From contig NC_058368.1 of the NCBI RefSeq assembly GCF_018350175.1, positions 211,484,001-211,548,000 of the forward strand: DNA of 64,000 nt. Direction: 5' to 3'. The notes under the pieces are model-generated. The model ran no database searches, was not told where the DNA came from, and was given only the letters and a program-made list of their open reading frames with translations. This stretch comes from Felis catus (taxonomy: Eukaryota). A program made the translations under genes and the position numbers. Shown here piece by piece: positions 38,788-53,103 of this stretch. Each line of letters begins with the position of its first letter. Within the stretch, counting starts at the first letter, position 1.

Positions 38788-41700
38788 CTGTGGAGCAAAG
38801 GGGAGACGCAGAACTAGTGAACAACAGTGGCCGCAGCCATACTGACCAGCAGGACCCCCGTCCTCCCGTCACTGAAATCAAAACCTGCCCCCAGATCAGA
38901 TACCTTCCCCTTCACCGTGGAGACACTCAAGAAGACCGGCTTCCCAAAAGAAAACATCAACAGTTCAATGAAACAGCAGCTGGCCAGCAAACTCTGAAAT
39001 AAAGTCCCCTCTTTTCACCGACGCTGGGAAAACGAAGCAGCTTAAAAAGACCTCAAGGCCAGTTTACACATTAGCTTGTTTCTAGCTAAACTCTGACAGC
39101 TGGCTCCTCAGAATACTGGCCTTTGACCTGGTCCACAGCTCACTGGGCCCGCAGTGTAGACAACCAAACTGGCCAACAGCTCAAGGTTACTCGATGGTTT
39201 ATTTACACACAATTCTTCATCCGCTTTCACTGCCACCCTTTCTGGCCTGTTCACTGGCCAGATTTTCGAGCTGTATAATGATTTTAAGTAGTTGTCCAGG
39301 CCACGGCCTCTACAAAGTCTCATGAGAAACAAAACTTCTTCCTGAGCAAGCTATTAGACAACAAACAGCTTTGAGCAAAGCCTCTACCACTGCTAAACCC
39401 CCAACCTCAACAGAATTAATTCTACAAACCACAGAGACAGGAGAGCTTTCATGTGTATAAAAGCTGGCTTTGACTTTTACAAAGGAAAAGAGAAGATCTC
39501 CATATAAGAGCAAATGGGCCTTGAGTATAAGACCGAGAAGTTTCACATGTGAAAAGGCAGCAGTGAGCCATTGAAGGTTTTGGAGCAGAGGAGTGAGAAT
39601 AAAATCAGTGACTGAAGAAGAGTTATGACAGAGAGGTGTATGAGGTATACCAGATTAATGCAGGGACAAAAGATCCCGGAGGGCACATCAAAGCCCCTGG
39701 GTCACTCTGCAGGCTGGCCTGCCCTCCAGACCTCTCCTATAAACCCACTTTCTGGCCCTTCCTGCTATGGATACCAACACCCTTGAAGAGATTCCTTCTC
39801 CCTCCCCCAAACGTTCTACATTCAGCTTTACAGTTTCTCTGCTTCCTGTGGCCTCTGAAGATAAAAACCTCTAGGCATTTCATTTTAAAGGCTTTGCCAC
39901 ACACCATTGCATGGAGGCAGAGAGAGGAGACAGTGGGAATGTAACAGTTAACAAGAGAATTTTACAGGACTACACTCATCCAACTCTCGGAGCATGTTCC
40001 CAATCTCTCTGTGCTGATGGAACTGGGAAACCCAGTAGGGCTCCACCTTCTGATACAGCAAGGGTAGATCTACAAGATGTCCCAGGTACCTCTCCACCCC
40101 AGCGTAGAGGCAGGGCCTGAGAGAAAGCCAAAGGCCATGGAGGGGTAAAGTAGACGTGTACAGGGTTTAGGTACAGAATTTACTTTGAGAGAGTCTCAGG
40201 ACTGGGCCACTCCCATTTCTCAGGATTCTCTCCTCCCCATGGCCACCACTGAGTGCAAGAACACAGGAATGAGGAGCTAGGTTTAAACAAAAATCAGAAG
40301 TCTGTCCGCTAGGCTGCATGAACTAGAATTCCAGAACTCTAGATTGATACTTCCATGCTATAGACCTCAAGTCACCCAAAACCTCTCAGTACCTCAGTTT
40401 TTCAAGGTTTTGGACTGATGACCACTGTGATTCCTCCTCTAAAGCTCAAAATATGTAATCTATAAAATGCCCCCCAACCAAACTTTGCTAGAGATTTGTC
40501 TTTGCACAAAGGCAAATCGGGTTTCCTACTGCAGAACACAATACACAGTAAATACATTAACCTAAGCACAAGCATTTGGTGGTAGAATGGGAAGCTTTAC
40601 CTAAAAACAAAATGTAGCCAACACCAAGAACCAGACTTCCCCCAAACAGCATTTTGCAAGCCAAAACAAAACAAAAAATTTATAAAGTACATTCAGGACC
40701 AATGATTCCAATTTACATGACCCCCAAGCTACATTATTATTGTTGTCTTTAAATCCTTCCCTAATTTAAACTGACCAAATTAAAACTGGATAGGGAAGAT
40801 CAAAAGGATATTAAACCCCAGAGGATATGATCGAAAGTATTTAAGCAAAGAAAAGCCACATGAAAGGATTTTCCTTTTCAGTGCCACTAAGAAACTCAAC
40901 TCTTGGGTAGAGAAAAATCTAGTTGTAGGGGTTCCCTAAAATTAGTTACATGTGGATATTTAGGGAGTTCAATTTCTATAGGACACAGCAAGAAAGATCC
41001 CTTCTCCCCCACCCTCTGGAGGACAAGGTCAATGGCACATTGAGGTCTAAAATCCTTCTCTTTTATCTAGTTTCTCTTCACTGCAGGCCAGAAGTTACTT
41101 TTCTGTTAGAAAAGATAAGGCAAAGAGAACAAGGTTACACACACACACACACACACACAGATTTAATAACCTGTACCACCATTCAACCTGGATATGCTGC
41201 AGACAGGATTCATAGTAAGCAGGAGGAAGGAAACGGATGGGTGCTATATATTGGCCTTAGAGTCTGAGCCAAGAGACCAGTTCAGAACCCATCAGGAAAA
41301 CAAGGGCACACCTGAAGAAGAAACTGGGGGAGAAAGTTGATCATTGGTCAGGAAATGAGGAAAGAAAGTGAGAGTTTACTCTTAAAATTCTCACACAAGT
41401 TATGCTAAGAGTGGAGACAAGAGGTATCCCAATTTGTCCTCTCTCTAAGCCAGGAATCCAGATTCTGAAAACACATTACCCAGACTGCTGGCCAGCCCTC
41501 ATAAGGAGGGGATGCTAATGTGACAGAGCTCTCTAGTCCTGGGCCAGGCAGCTGGTTATACTTATGGGTAGTTCTGATATGCACAACAGGCTATACCATG
41601 TTTCTTCCAGAAAGCATGGTTTTCAAGGTGCTATCACTTTCCTCTCCTATACCTGCCCGTGGAGATAGTCCCTATATTTTCTCCCATAAAACCATTCTAC

Positions 41701-41935
41701 CCAGCACCACATTCCATACCAAAGATTCCATGGCCATCTGCAAAATGAAATAGAACAGATGTTTAATAAATACTTTTAATGTCATTGCTCTTGAGAATCT
41801 ACAAGCAAATTCTTTTCACCTGTCTCTATCCCTCTGCTGAGTGGTACTAAATTGAAACCAAGCATCAAAAGGAATCTTAAAAATCTACCTTGGCCAATAT
41901 ACCGTCCAACAGTAGGGTTGGTCAGGTAAATAGGT

Positions 41936-42780
41936 TGTGATATTGTGATATAAGAATTGTAGACTTGGTCCTTGTCCCTGATTTCTAGCACTAGAGCTTT
42001 TAAAATCCATTAATTTCCAGAGTGATAAGGGTGAAGAGTATCTTTTGTTATTCATAATAAGCTCCCCTACGGGAGTTTATGTTAATGCCATCTTCAGGAT
42101 GCGGGCTGGTTGCCAGGAGAATCAACCACGTAAAATAGAGGGTTAGAAATTTCAGCCCCACCCCCACCTCCAGGGAGGGGAGAGGGATTAGAGACTGAGT
42201 CAATCACCAATGGCCAATGGTCTAATCCATCATGCCTACGAAGTGGAACCTCCAGAAAAAGCCCTAAACCACCCTGAAACCATAGGGTTCAGGGAGCTTC
42301 CAGGGTGATGAACACAAGGAGGTGCTGGGAAGATGATCCTGGAGAGAGCAGACGCTTTTCACTTACACACCCACACACACATCCCCTGTCTTGCCCTGTG
42401 CATTTCTTCCATTTGGCGGTTCCTGATTTGTAATCCTTCGTAATAAACTGGTAATAGTAAGAAACGTACCTTTCTGAGTTCTCCGAGCTGTTCTTGCAAA
42501 TGATCAAACCTGAGGAGCGGGCTATGGGAACCTCCACACCCCTGACTATGACTTTATAGCTAACTGGTCAGACGTGCAGTTGGCCCAGGAATTGCAGATG
42601 GCATCTGAAGCGGGAGCAATTTTGTGGGACTGAGTCCTTAACTGTGGGGTCTGATGCTACCTCCAGACCACTAGTGTCAGAACTGAATTGCATCACCAGA
42701 CACCTAGTTGGTGCCCGAAGAGTTGGAGAATTGGTTGTGGGTATAAAGAAAACCATTTGGTGTCAGAGGTGTTTTGTGTA
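41936..42780 (+). mobile_element. MER21-family solo LTR
   Basis: Starts tgtgatattgtgata and contains ggctggttgccagg, gagggagagggattagagactgagt, aataaactggtaatagtaag, ctgtggggtctgatgct and ttggtgtcaga, as in the recalled MER21 consensus. Confidence 0.8.
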
Positions 42781-44084
42781 AGAAGTAGAGCATAGGATAG
42801 GTGAAGTGTGAAATTTTACCATAACGACCCAAAGTAATTCACTCATGCTCTGGAATTGGGGAAGACTTCTAGAGACCACCACCCCACCGCCACACAAACA
42901 ATACCTCACCCCCCTCACCACCTCCCACGGAAATCCCCTCCTCTAAATGGCATTTCCTCCATAGGGCAGCTTCGCGATTAGCTCTGCCTCCACACTGGGC
43001 TCCTGGTCCCCTCAGAATGGCATTTTCCACCTACGAGTGGGTTAATCCAACATTTAAAACAATGAATTAGAAAAAAAAACAAACAGCAAACATCAGCTGC
43101 ATCATATTTAATAAAGTTAAATGTTTTATGAAACTTTTGATTATGTATGTGTGTCCTGGGTGGTGATATAAAATATGTATTTTTCCTGGGGAATCTCAAT
43201 AAAATACATTGGATGCCACTGCTTTGGAATATTCTGTCATCCCAACCGCCTATGAAAAGGCTTCCTTCTAAAGCCTACTTCAAGCCCTGTAGGCTCGTCA
43301 ACTTTTTCATGGTGACCTCTCTCTGCTTCTCTCCACCATTGTGTCCCAGAGGTCCGCCTACTCATCTGACTGAAGCCCACAGTCTAGACTTGATGAAATA
43401 TTGCGTCCCAGCTTTTGTTCCAGAGCGCGGTGCGTGCTTGTTTTGTTTCCTTGTCTTCAGCTCCCTGAAGGCACTGACGACAGCCTTTATTACTCGCCCT
43501 GTCGTGCCTAGCAAATGCTGGTTCTGTCGCTCATTTTAGCAGGATTTTCCTCCTCCTGATCAACATAAATCTCTCTTGACTTAGCAAATTTTTTTTTCAA
43601 TTATAAAACTTTCGTTCTTTTGCAAATAACTATTTAATCATATTTCCATTTTTTTTTACAGGCTAATAAATCCAACTCCCTTAACTTTCCTACTCCCTTA
43701 AATCTTCTAAGGCCAATCTTCTAGTATTTTAATCACGGGTACACTTTCTCTGAATCTCTTTATAACGAAGGAGCCAGGTCTTACCAATTCATTGGCACGA
43801 ATCCAGTGTCTCCCAGTCACAAGAATCACCTGGGACATACTAACTGTGCAGATGCCCGTGCCTCATCCTGGAGACTCTAATCCCAGTGATCTCTGGCACC
43901 CCTGGACTCAGGGTCAAGGGTGCTCTTTGATTCTTATTCCAAGTGTGGAGACAACCAGAACATATGCAAAGGCTACCACAGAAGCATGAAGGGAGGAGGT
44001 GAAAGAAGAGAAAAATTCTTCCTTTTTCTTTGTAGTGCTAGGTATTTTGTTTCCAACAAAAGCTTAATCCATATTATGCTTTCC

Positions 44085-44590
44085 TGGGGGAGTTGCATGT
44101 GTAACTCGTGTATAAGATGAGTACGAGAATGTTAACAAAGGCATTGCTCATAATACGCAAAAATTAAAACTAATCAAATATCCAATAATAGAAGATAAAG
44201 TACAATATAATCAAGCAACGGAATGAACTACAACTGCATGCTACGACATGGATACTAAAAACAATATTGCTGAAAGAACAAGACACAGGAGAATACAATA
44301 GCATGCCTGCATGTATATGAAGATGAAAACGGGAAAGATGGATCCATATGGTTTAGGAACGCATGCCTGGATAGTAAAACTATAAAGAAAAGCAAGGACA
44401 AGGCTACCCTAAAAGTCAGGAAAGGGTTGGGAGTGAGGATATGCCATCTGAGGAGGGAGAGACACCTGGGAGTACTTTAGGGTCCCATGCTCTAGTTCAT
44501 GACCTGGTTAGTGGCTCCACAGAGGTTCCCTTGTTGTTAAACGCTACATTCTTGTTTTGTGCACTTTTCTCTATGTGTAATTTATTACGC
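44085..44590 (+). mobile_element. Ancient L1ME-like 3' fragment
   Basis: atgaactacaactgcatg, acaatattgctgaaag, gtaaaactataaagaaaagcaagg. Confidence 0.65.
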
Positions 44591-44729
44591 ACGTACACAC
44601 AGAGTTTAGAAAGAAGACGTGTGGTTCGCTTTCTGGTCAAATCAACTGCGCACCAAGTGCCTCTGGACGGTCTGTGTTCTCACTTGCTATTTCCTCCTGT
44701 CTAAAATGAAGGCAGCCAGGTGCCAAAAT

Positions 44730-45120
44730 CTGCTTCTTTAGAAGGCCTCACAAATCCCTTGGAGAATCTGCTAAGGTTATGGACTTTCCCCAGAATAATG
44801 CACAAACACACAAGAGCTTGCATACAGTTTCATAGGGGTCTCTGACTTAAACCCCTATTCCCAGTCCATCCATTAAGCTAAGAACTCCTAGTGCAGAAAG
44901 AGACTGGCTTCAGATTTTAGTGTTTTTGAGTTGAAATTCAAGCTCACCACCTCCCACCTAAGTGGTCTTGAGCAGGTTATGGGCATCTGAGACTCCATTT
45001 CTTTATCTGTAAAATGGGAGGGATCCTACCTCTTTGCAAAATATCCTGAGAATTAAATATAACATACATGAAGAGCCTGGAACACAGTAGGCACTCAAAA
45101 ACTGGTGACTATTATTATTG
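44730..45120. mobile_element. MER103-like hAT fossil (44730-44890) followed by a MIR (44920-45120)
   Basis: gagaatctgctaaggttatggac...ccccagaataatgcac; MIR core tttctttatctgtaaaatggg...acacagtaggcactca. Confidence 0.65.
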
Positions 45121-46668
45121 AATTAGATCTTTCACACTGTTCGTTTATGATTCATGCTGTATGAATCTTTTAATATTTACAACTTAGGACTGATGGCCGT
45201 TACCCTTTCAGAGGCAGCTAATGCCTTCCTGCAAATTTAAATTTGCAAATTTTCTAGTACAGCCCCTAAAAATAACATTTTAAAGGGCTCTAGAGGAAAC
45301 ATTCACAGACATGAAATTAACTATTTTATTGAACATGGCTCAGTTTTCCAGGAGACTGTTTAAACAGATGCTATTTCAACAGAGCACATTTAAGCCACAT
45401 TTGCAAGTTCAGGAAGCCATATGTTACGCTCCAGAGACATGTGTAATGTGTCAGCTATGAAGGGCAGCACGTGGGAAAGGCAGACTTTACCTTCAATGTA
45501 GGCTCCAAACATTCCTGCTAATTTATCACAAACGAGATTTTCAATGGTTGGCCTGTTAGTTTCCTATTCATCAAATCATTTCCAAATGACACTACTTGCT
45601 TAAGAGTTTTCCCTTGAAGCCTGGCCTTTGGAAGGACTTGCCTGCCTCCTGTGAGGGTGGCACACACCATGTCAACCGCATGATGGACGCTGGAGCTTTG
45701 GCAATTGACAATGTCTGCTGTTGGCCAGACATGGCATCACCTTCTTTTATTTTGGTTTAATCATTGGGAACTGAAAAACCAGTGGAAACTCAGTGGTCAC
45801 AGACATCTGGCTAGTAGGCAGGTTTGAGTTTTGGAATATATCAACCCAACCAAAATAATCCAGTGGCAGAGAGCAATCTAGGAAGAGAAAGAGTTTCTTT
45901 GACTTTCTTTAGGAAGGACTCTAAAACCCTAATCATCGCCAATTAGCATAGCTCCTGTTGTATGGGTCTGCTTCCGCAGCCATCTGGAGGAGTCTATTTG
46001 AGAGATTATCTTTGGAAATGCTGCATTTCTCCCTCTAGTTTATGAAGTGCAGACTGTTTTGCCAATATAATCAGTAAGTCTAAGATGAAAGTTACACAAA
46101 GTAGACAGTGTTTTCACTAGGAAGTTTTCAGATTAGTACCATCCAGGAAAAAAAAAAAAAAAGAGCACACACCTCATATTTTAAGACAGAGGACAAGAAA
46201 CCATCAAGCTTCAGGCCCAAATGATATTTTCCCGTGTTGACTATACAGAAGAACCTATAGTTGTTACATTCATTCATTCACCCAACGACTATTTACTTGG
46301 TGCTTTTTACATAGCTGCCATAGTCTTTCCAGAATTTTCCATACAGTTTATATATAGATTAACAAGAACAGTATGAGAAATATGCCAACAACACAAAACA
46401 GGACAGAATGATAAAGTGAGCCACATGGTGAATCAGCACAAAAGAAAGGAGGGTCAACTTTCACCTAGGCAGACAGGGAAGGTTTTTTGACTAGGTAGTG
46501 AACTAGACCTTGCGATAAGTAATATTTAGGTTAATGAAGAGAAGACACAACAACTGAAAAATACAAGATATATTTAGTAAACAGGGAGTTAGTCCAAGAG
46601 AGGCCTTAGAGTCCATGGAAAACCAAGGAAATTACCAATACATCATGAAATAAACATTGGACCATTTT

Positions 46669-46884
46669 TTTAAAATTTTTTTAATGTTTTATTTACTTTT
46701 GAGACAGGGAGAGACAGAGCATGAACAGGGGAGGGTCAGAGAGAGGGAGGCACAGAATCTGAAACAGGCTCCAGGCTCTAAGCTGTCAGCACAGAGCCCG
46801 ACGCGGGGCTTGAACTCACGGACCGCGAGATCATGACCTGAGCCGAAGTCGGCCGCTTAACCAACTGAGCCACCCAGGTGCCCC
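46669..46884 (-). mobile_element. CAN-SINE, fairly young
   Basis: 17-bp TSD aaacattggaccatttt at 46652-46668 and 46885-46901. Confidence 0.95.
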
Positions 46885-49109
46885 AAACATTGGACCATTT
46901 TAACGAGACGAGAAGTTTCATAAAGGGCTTTCCATTAACGTTGCTTCAGACCAACACTTAAGAAGTTCATTTAAAATGAGTTCCCCTCTCCCTACATCTT
47001 TATTTCAGATTATTCACATGTGCAGGTTACACGGTCTCTGGCATTCACCCTGACATCCATCACCTTCCCCTTAATGGACTATGTCCGTGATTCCTGAAGT
47101 CTTTCCATGTAAACACTAAATTTTGTGTCATGGACATAATGCATAATTATTAACACCTCCATCTAGAAACAGGCTGGTCTTGCTGCCCCTCCCACTCCAC
47201 CAAGATACCCTACTCATTTTTGCCCTTGACCATTGCTCTCCCTGGCCACCTGGACCAGGTTAGCTCCCCTTGTTAGGCTCTCTCATGCTTCTCGTCCATA
47301 ACACTTGACACAATTGTAACTAAATAGTATTTCTGAAGTATTTTTAAAGGTCTGTGGACCTCCCACTGGACTAGGAGTTCCAGGATATGGCCAATGGCCA
47401 GCATCTGCCTTGTTCACCACTAAACCCCTGGCCTCTTGCCCACTGTCTGCCAGATGGTAGGGGCTCAATTCAGAGCTGTTCGTTGAACAGCTTTGTTTTC
47501 TTCCTACTTCTTGGGAGCCACTGTTGATTAAACCCTTCTCTACTGATGTCTTTGTCTCAATCTACAAATGTACTTAAAGTCTCCATAATCTTACCAAATT
47601 CCTTTCTTGGACCAATGTTAAAACATTACGTTTAAAAATCTTGTCACAAGAGGTAAAAGCAGTCTCATGGGGGCAGAGGTAAGTCTGGGAATAGGTCAAA
47701 CCAACTTTACCCCTCAGGGGGAAAAAATGATTCCAACCAATTCAATGGAATTGAAGCATTCATTTATTTAGTGTTTGAAGTGGGGGAGGGGACAGATACT
47801 CTGTGAAGTGTAGGGTTAAAAAGATGGCTATGAAGCCAGCTCAGCCCTTAGGGAGTTCACAACTGCTGAGAGCAGAAACACATCCAATAAGTACTTAACA
47901 TTGTTGCTTGTCAGTGCTAAACCAGTGCAATGAACCAAGACCTATGAAAGCCCAGTGAGGATATGATTACTACTAAAAAAATATCTAACAATGTCCTAGG
48001 AACCATACTACATTGTAACTTAATCTTAAACAATAATCCTATGAGATACGCACTATTAGTCCATTTTACAGATGAGGAAACAGGCACAGAGGTTAGGAAA
48101 TGTGTAAAGTTACTCAATATACAGTACAGTTGGGTTCTCTCAGGAGGAGAAAGCTTAAGCAGTTCAATTTAAAGGAAAATGGAGGAACTTTTCAGGATGG
48201 GCAAGATTTCAGTGTTGATAGTCTGAGGGAAGCCAAGGAGCCAGCAGAGACAGAATGAAGAAAATAAGGGGTGAGTAGTGGAACCGAAGATTCAGCCAGG
48301 CAGAAGGCTGATCTTTGTAAACCAGTCACGTTCTGCTTCTGAGCAGTAAAAGAGGAAGAGGAGGGCACACAGAGATACGGTGGGAGACAGGAAGTCAGTT
48401 TGTGTTTTATGCCTTCTGTTTTCTTGGGAAAGCAAGGGTACAGTGCAGGGTCCATGGTGGTCTCAGAAGCTTGAACAGTGTTCCCAATAGCTCCAGGGGG
48501 AAATGAGAAAGGAAACCCACTTGAAATGAGTAAAGGGGTTTTCAAGCAGTCCCAGAAATCCAGACAATAGGAATTGTTAACTCCATGTGCAAATCATTTG
48601 GTAGTGCTGTGTGATTTTTCACTGGAAGCACTGGGAAGGATGGGAGTAAGGGGTGGTCAGCTTGATGACTGGAGACCGGAAAGACAGGTAAAGCAGACAT
48701 TCTGAGATCAAGAGCATGGTAGGTGCTGATGAGCAGGTATTTGAAATGACTGTGGGATCAGGGATAGGAAGGAGGTCTAGGACACAGTCCCATATATCAG
48801 AAGCAGGTTGTTAGAGGGGTCATTTGTATGACTGTTAGAGTGATGACAGAAAGGAAAAACTGAAGCTGTGAACCCAAGTCCTGGAGAAATATCAGGAAGC
48901 AACCTAGAAGTCCCCAAATGATAGCGGAGAAAATGAGAGGAAAGTGACCCAGCATGGCCAAACAGCAGGGACAGTCAACCAAGAAAAGAGTCATGACATT
49001 GGAGAACAAATGGGCCAAGCCTTACAAATGCCTTCTTGTGATTTGCTGTCAACTATGCGTTCGTTCCTTCCAGGTGTCATAAAGAACTGACTGCGGTCAC
49101 TATACTCAC

Positions 49110-49510
49110 CTACACTGGGTTGGATAGTGCCCTCACAATATTCATGCCCTCCCTGAACTTCAGAATGCAGCCCTGTTTTTAAATAAGGTCTTTGCATGTG
49201 TAATCAAGTTAAGATGAGGTCATACTGGGTTAGAGTGGGTCCCAAGTCTGGTGAAAGGCCTCCTTATAAGGAGAGAGAGAGATGAAGACACGGAAACAGG
49301 ACAGAAGGCCGTGTGACGACAGAAGCACAAACCGGAGTTTGCTGCCATTAACCAAGGATGATGGGCAACTGCCAGGGGCCAGAAGAGGCAAGGAAGGGTT
49401 CTTCTCTAAGCCTCTGGAGGGAGTACAGCCCTGCCGCCACCTTGGTTTTGGACGTCCAGCCTCTAGATCTGTGAGAGAATACAGTTCTCATCGTTATTTT
49501 AAGCCAGCAA
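49110..49510 (+). mobile_element. MLT1-family (ERVL-MaLR) solo LTR
   Basis: aaataaggtctttgcatgtgtaatcaagttaagatgaggtcatactgg; agaggcaaggaagggttctt; ccagcctctagatctgtgagagaata. Confidence 0.82.
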
Positions 49511-51339
49511 AGAAATTAATAAACTATCCCTGGAGGTAGGTATTATTATCCTCGTTTAACTGCCAAGGAAACTGAGGTCCAGAAGGTAGAAGTATTTCAC
49601 CCAAAGTGACAAGGCCAGAAAGAAGAAGAGTCAAAATTCAAACCCCAGACCTTCGGGCCCTTTCTACTTCAGTCCTGCCCCTCCCGTCCCTTCCCCCGAC
49701 CCATGGATGTGCACCACCACTGAGGAAGACCGGGCGGCACACAGAGCACAGTGTGGTGGGCCACATGGGCCAGAGGGCAAAACTGGTGGCACTGACACAA
49801 AGAGCTCGGGGCTCTAAGTCCCTATTAAATGCAGGAACCACACCTAAAGCAGACTCATGATTATACATGAAACCTACAGTCCTGCAAAAGCATTTAAAGC
49901 ATGATTATTTACTTTTGCAACCATGTTCACAGAACAGTGAACTTCCTTGTACAGTAAGCTCTTTTATCATTTTAATATAGTTTATTATATAATTATATAA
50001 TTTATATGTGTGTGTGTATGTGTATTATACATGCACATAAATGAGATTTACTGAAAGATAATTACTTGATTTACTTGATAATTACTTGATTTACTGAAAG
50101 ATATATTCATTGCTTAAAGGGAGGTACATGTGTCACAGTGATCATCTCAAGGCCTGAGCAAGGCTTTCCTTGCACGGGGGATGCTTGGAGACACGTGTGG
50201 CTAGAATTCAAGCACACACAGTAAGTACTTTTGGCATGTATTTGAGTGTGATAAGCTTTGCTTTGCTCAATCCCTGAGCTTTGCTCTCTAGCCAAGTGGA
50301 ACAAGACAGATTCTACATCAAGTATCCAAATGAAATTATTTCATACACAAAGTCTTAAGTCAAATGCTTAGGTGCTCTTTAAGTGTCTAAATGGTCAGAG
50401 TAGAGGATCAGGGTGGCCTCTCGCCCTGATCACGCCCAGGCATCATGCCTACCTGGCTGCACATCAGAATCACCCAGGTATGAATGCAAACTTTAAAACT
50501 TCCCTATGTGATTCTGTTCAGCCAGAATGATTTCTCCCTTGACGACAATAAAGATCACAAACCAACCTGGTATTAACCAAGCTTGTATCTGCTAAAACGC
50601 TAAACTAGACAGTTCAGTGAATCAACATTCAGACCTTACTGGACATAAAGACTTAATAAGCACCAACAGGCAATCACAGATGCCCCATAGAGAGACAGGG
50701 CCTGAACCAAGCTCCCTGCAACCTCCTTCAGTTGAGTCCCTCATCTTGATGCCCCTGCCTTGGTTAGTGGTGTGGTCACCCCAGCTGTAACCCTGGCTCT
50801 CTTCTCCTCTCCCTCCGTCTCTGCAGTCAATCGGCTGTTGATGATGTCTCCCTGGTTCCCTTGCATTAACCTGTTTTCCATTCCTACAGTTAATATCTTT
50901 ATTTAATCCAGTTCAGTTCAACACCTTTTTGGTTTCTACTTTTGCCAGACATCGTGCTAGATGCTTTGGGCTCTCCTCTTTACCAAGCTCCTGGGGCGCA
51001 CTAACAGGTATAGAGACTTAGAGCATCAGGAGAGAGGTTCTGACATTAATCACTGTTCATCAGAGACACTTCAACAGCCTCTTTTCTCCCTGCCCCCCTT
51101 CTCTTGTTTTCCTTAGGACTGTTCGTAAGTTAGTTCAGAAGATTATCCTGCTATTGAGGTGGCCCCACAGATTTTGAGTTAATAGAAAGTACTGGATCAA
51201 AGTTTGAGAGCAGGAGTGAAGCGAGGTCGTTCCTGAATAAGTTCCCAGCAGAATACTATAAAAAGAAAATGAACATTTTTTTAATTGTCTTAATTTTTTT
51301 TTTAATTTCAGTTTAGAAACATTAGCTATTGGTATTTTT

Positions 51340-51558
51340 TTTTTAATTTTTTTTTCAACGTTTATTTATTTTTGGGACAGAGAGAGACAGTGCATGAACG
51401 GGGGAGGGGCAGACAGAGAGGGAGACACAGAATCGGAAACAGGCTCCAGGCTCTGAGCCATCAGCCCAGAGCCCGACGCGGGGCTCGAACTCTCGAACCT
51501 CGAGATCGTGACCTGGCTGAAGTCGGACGCTCAACCGACTGCGCCACCCAGGTGCCCC
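51340..51558 (-). mobile_element. Young feline SINE
   Basis: TSD tagctattggtattttt at 51323-51339 and 51559-51575. Confidence 0.95.
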
Positions 51559-51599
51559 TAGCTATTGGTATTTTTAATAAACCATTTGTCTTTCTAATT

Positions 51600-52005
51600 G
51601 GAGGCAGTAAATGTTCACATTTGAATTTGATTTTGGTTCAGGTTATGATCTGACTGGAGTTCAAGCCCCAAGATGCTGTCAGTGTGGAGCCTGCTTGGGA
51701 TTGTCTCTCTCTCTCTCTCTGTGCATGTGTGCTGTCTCTCAAAATAAATAAACTTTAATTAACAAAAAAAAAAGATAATTAAGGGAGGGGCGCCTGGGTG
51801 GCTCAGTCAGTTAAGCGTCCGACTTCTGCTCAGGTCACAATCTCCCAGTTTGGGAGTTCGAGTCCCGCGTTGGGCTCTGTGCTGACAACTCAGAGCATGG
51901 AGCCTGCTTTGGATTCTGTGTCTGTCTCCCTCTCTCTCTCTGTCCCTCCCCTGTTCATGCTCTGTCTCTCTCTCTCAAAAATAAACACTAAATACATAAA
52001 AATTA
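51600..52005 (+). mobile_element. Degraded CAN-SINE (51600-51772) plus a CAN-SINE (51788-52005)
   Basis: SINE bodies and tails. Confidence 0.87.
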
Positions 52006-52054
52006 ACAAAGATAAGGGAGATTTTGTTGATTTAATTTACCTATTTCCCTGCTA

Positions 52055-52555
52055 ACTGTGGAAAACAGATTACCAATGCCAATTCTTTGAGGTGGTATCC
52101 ACGTCCCATCTCCTTGACTCTGAGCTGATTTGCTTGTCACAGAATGTGGCGAAGATGACGCTCTTTGACTCTCAATGAAAAGGTCAGAAAATGTCATGCA
52201 ACTTCCATCAGGTTTTCTGGGAATCATCACTCTCTGCCGATCGTCATGCTAGGAGCAGGCAAAGCCATGTACAGGTGTCCCAGGGTGAGTGCACACCATC
52301 TGACCTTCTCAGCCCCTTCTCTGCCATATATGTGAACGAAGAAGTGTCCATCCAGATGACTCTAGCCTCCAAGCTGCGAGGGACCTGCAGGCTTCAACCC
52401 TCCCAACTGAGTCCCTGACATCTTAAAGTACAGACAACCATCGTTGCCAGTCCTACTGCATCCCGTCCACACACCTGACCCATCACCTATGAGCATAACA
52501 CAAAGGATATTTTACACCACCAAATTTGTGATACAGCAATAGTAAGTAGTAACTG
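52055..52555 (+). mobile_element. Old MLT1-like LTR remnant
   Basis: gtatccacgtcccatctccttgactctgagctg...cagaatgtggcgaag; end motif ttttacaccaccaaatttgtgatacagcaatag. Confidence 0.55.
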
Positions 52556-52892
52556 AGACCATCTTTGTCCAATATTCTTTCAATTCAAGTAGAAGGCGGC
52601 TATTTATATGCCATCCAAGCTGTGTTGTACCGAAATTGTGGTTTAATGCTTAGGAACGCTTTTGAACTCTTGTCCCGGTTCTTTAGTTCTCTTTTAAGTT
52701 CTAGTTTAACTACAATTTTGCTCCTACAAGTTTAAGGATGTGAAATAAGTCCTTTTCCTACATTGGAGATACTTGGCTATGTATTTGGTTGCCCACATTC
52801 TTTCCTATGTAGAAAGTGGGCTAATAAAACATGACTCTCAAATTTACTGATTCAAACCCTGCTCTGGCACAGAGGCAGTCTTAGGAGTTGCA

Positions 52893-53103
52893 TTTTTTTT
52901 TAATATATATTTTTGAGAGAGAGAGAAAGAGAGAGCATGCGCAGAGGAAGGCCAGAGAGAGAGAGGGAGACACAGAATCCAAAGCATGCTCCAGGTTCTG
53001 AGCTGTCAGCATAGAGCCTGACGGTGAGCTCCAACTAGTGAACTGTGATATCGTGACCTGAGCCGAAGTCAGACGCTTCACAGACTGAGCCACCCAGCAC
53101 CCC
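52893..53103 (-). mobile_element. CAN-SINE
   Basis: Antisense SINE body. Confidence 0.9.

Noticed and set aside
41936..42780. Possible endogenous retrovirus
   Set aside because: Solo LTR only; I saw no second LTR and no gag/pol/env sequence.
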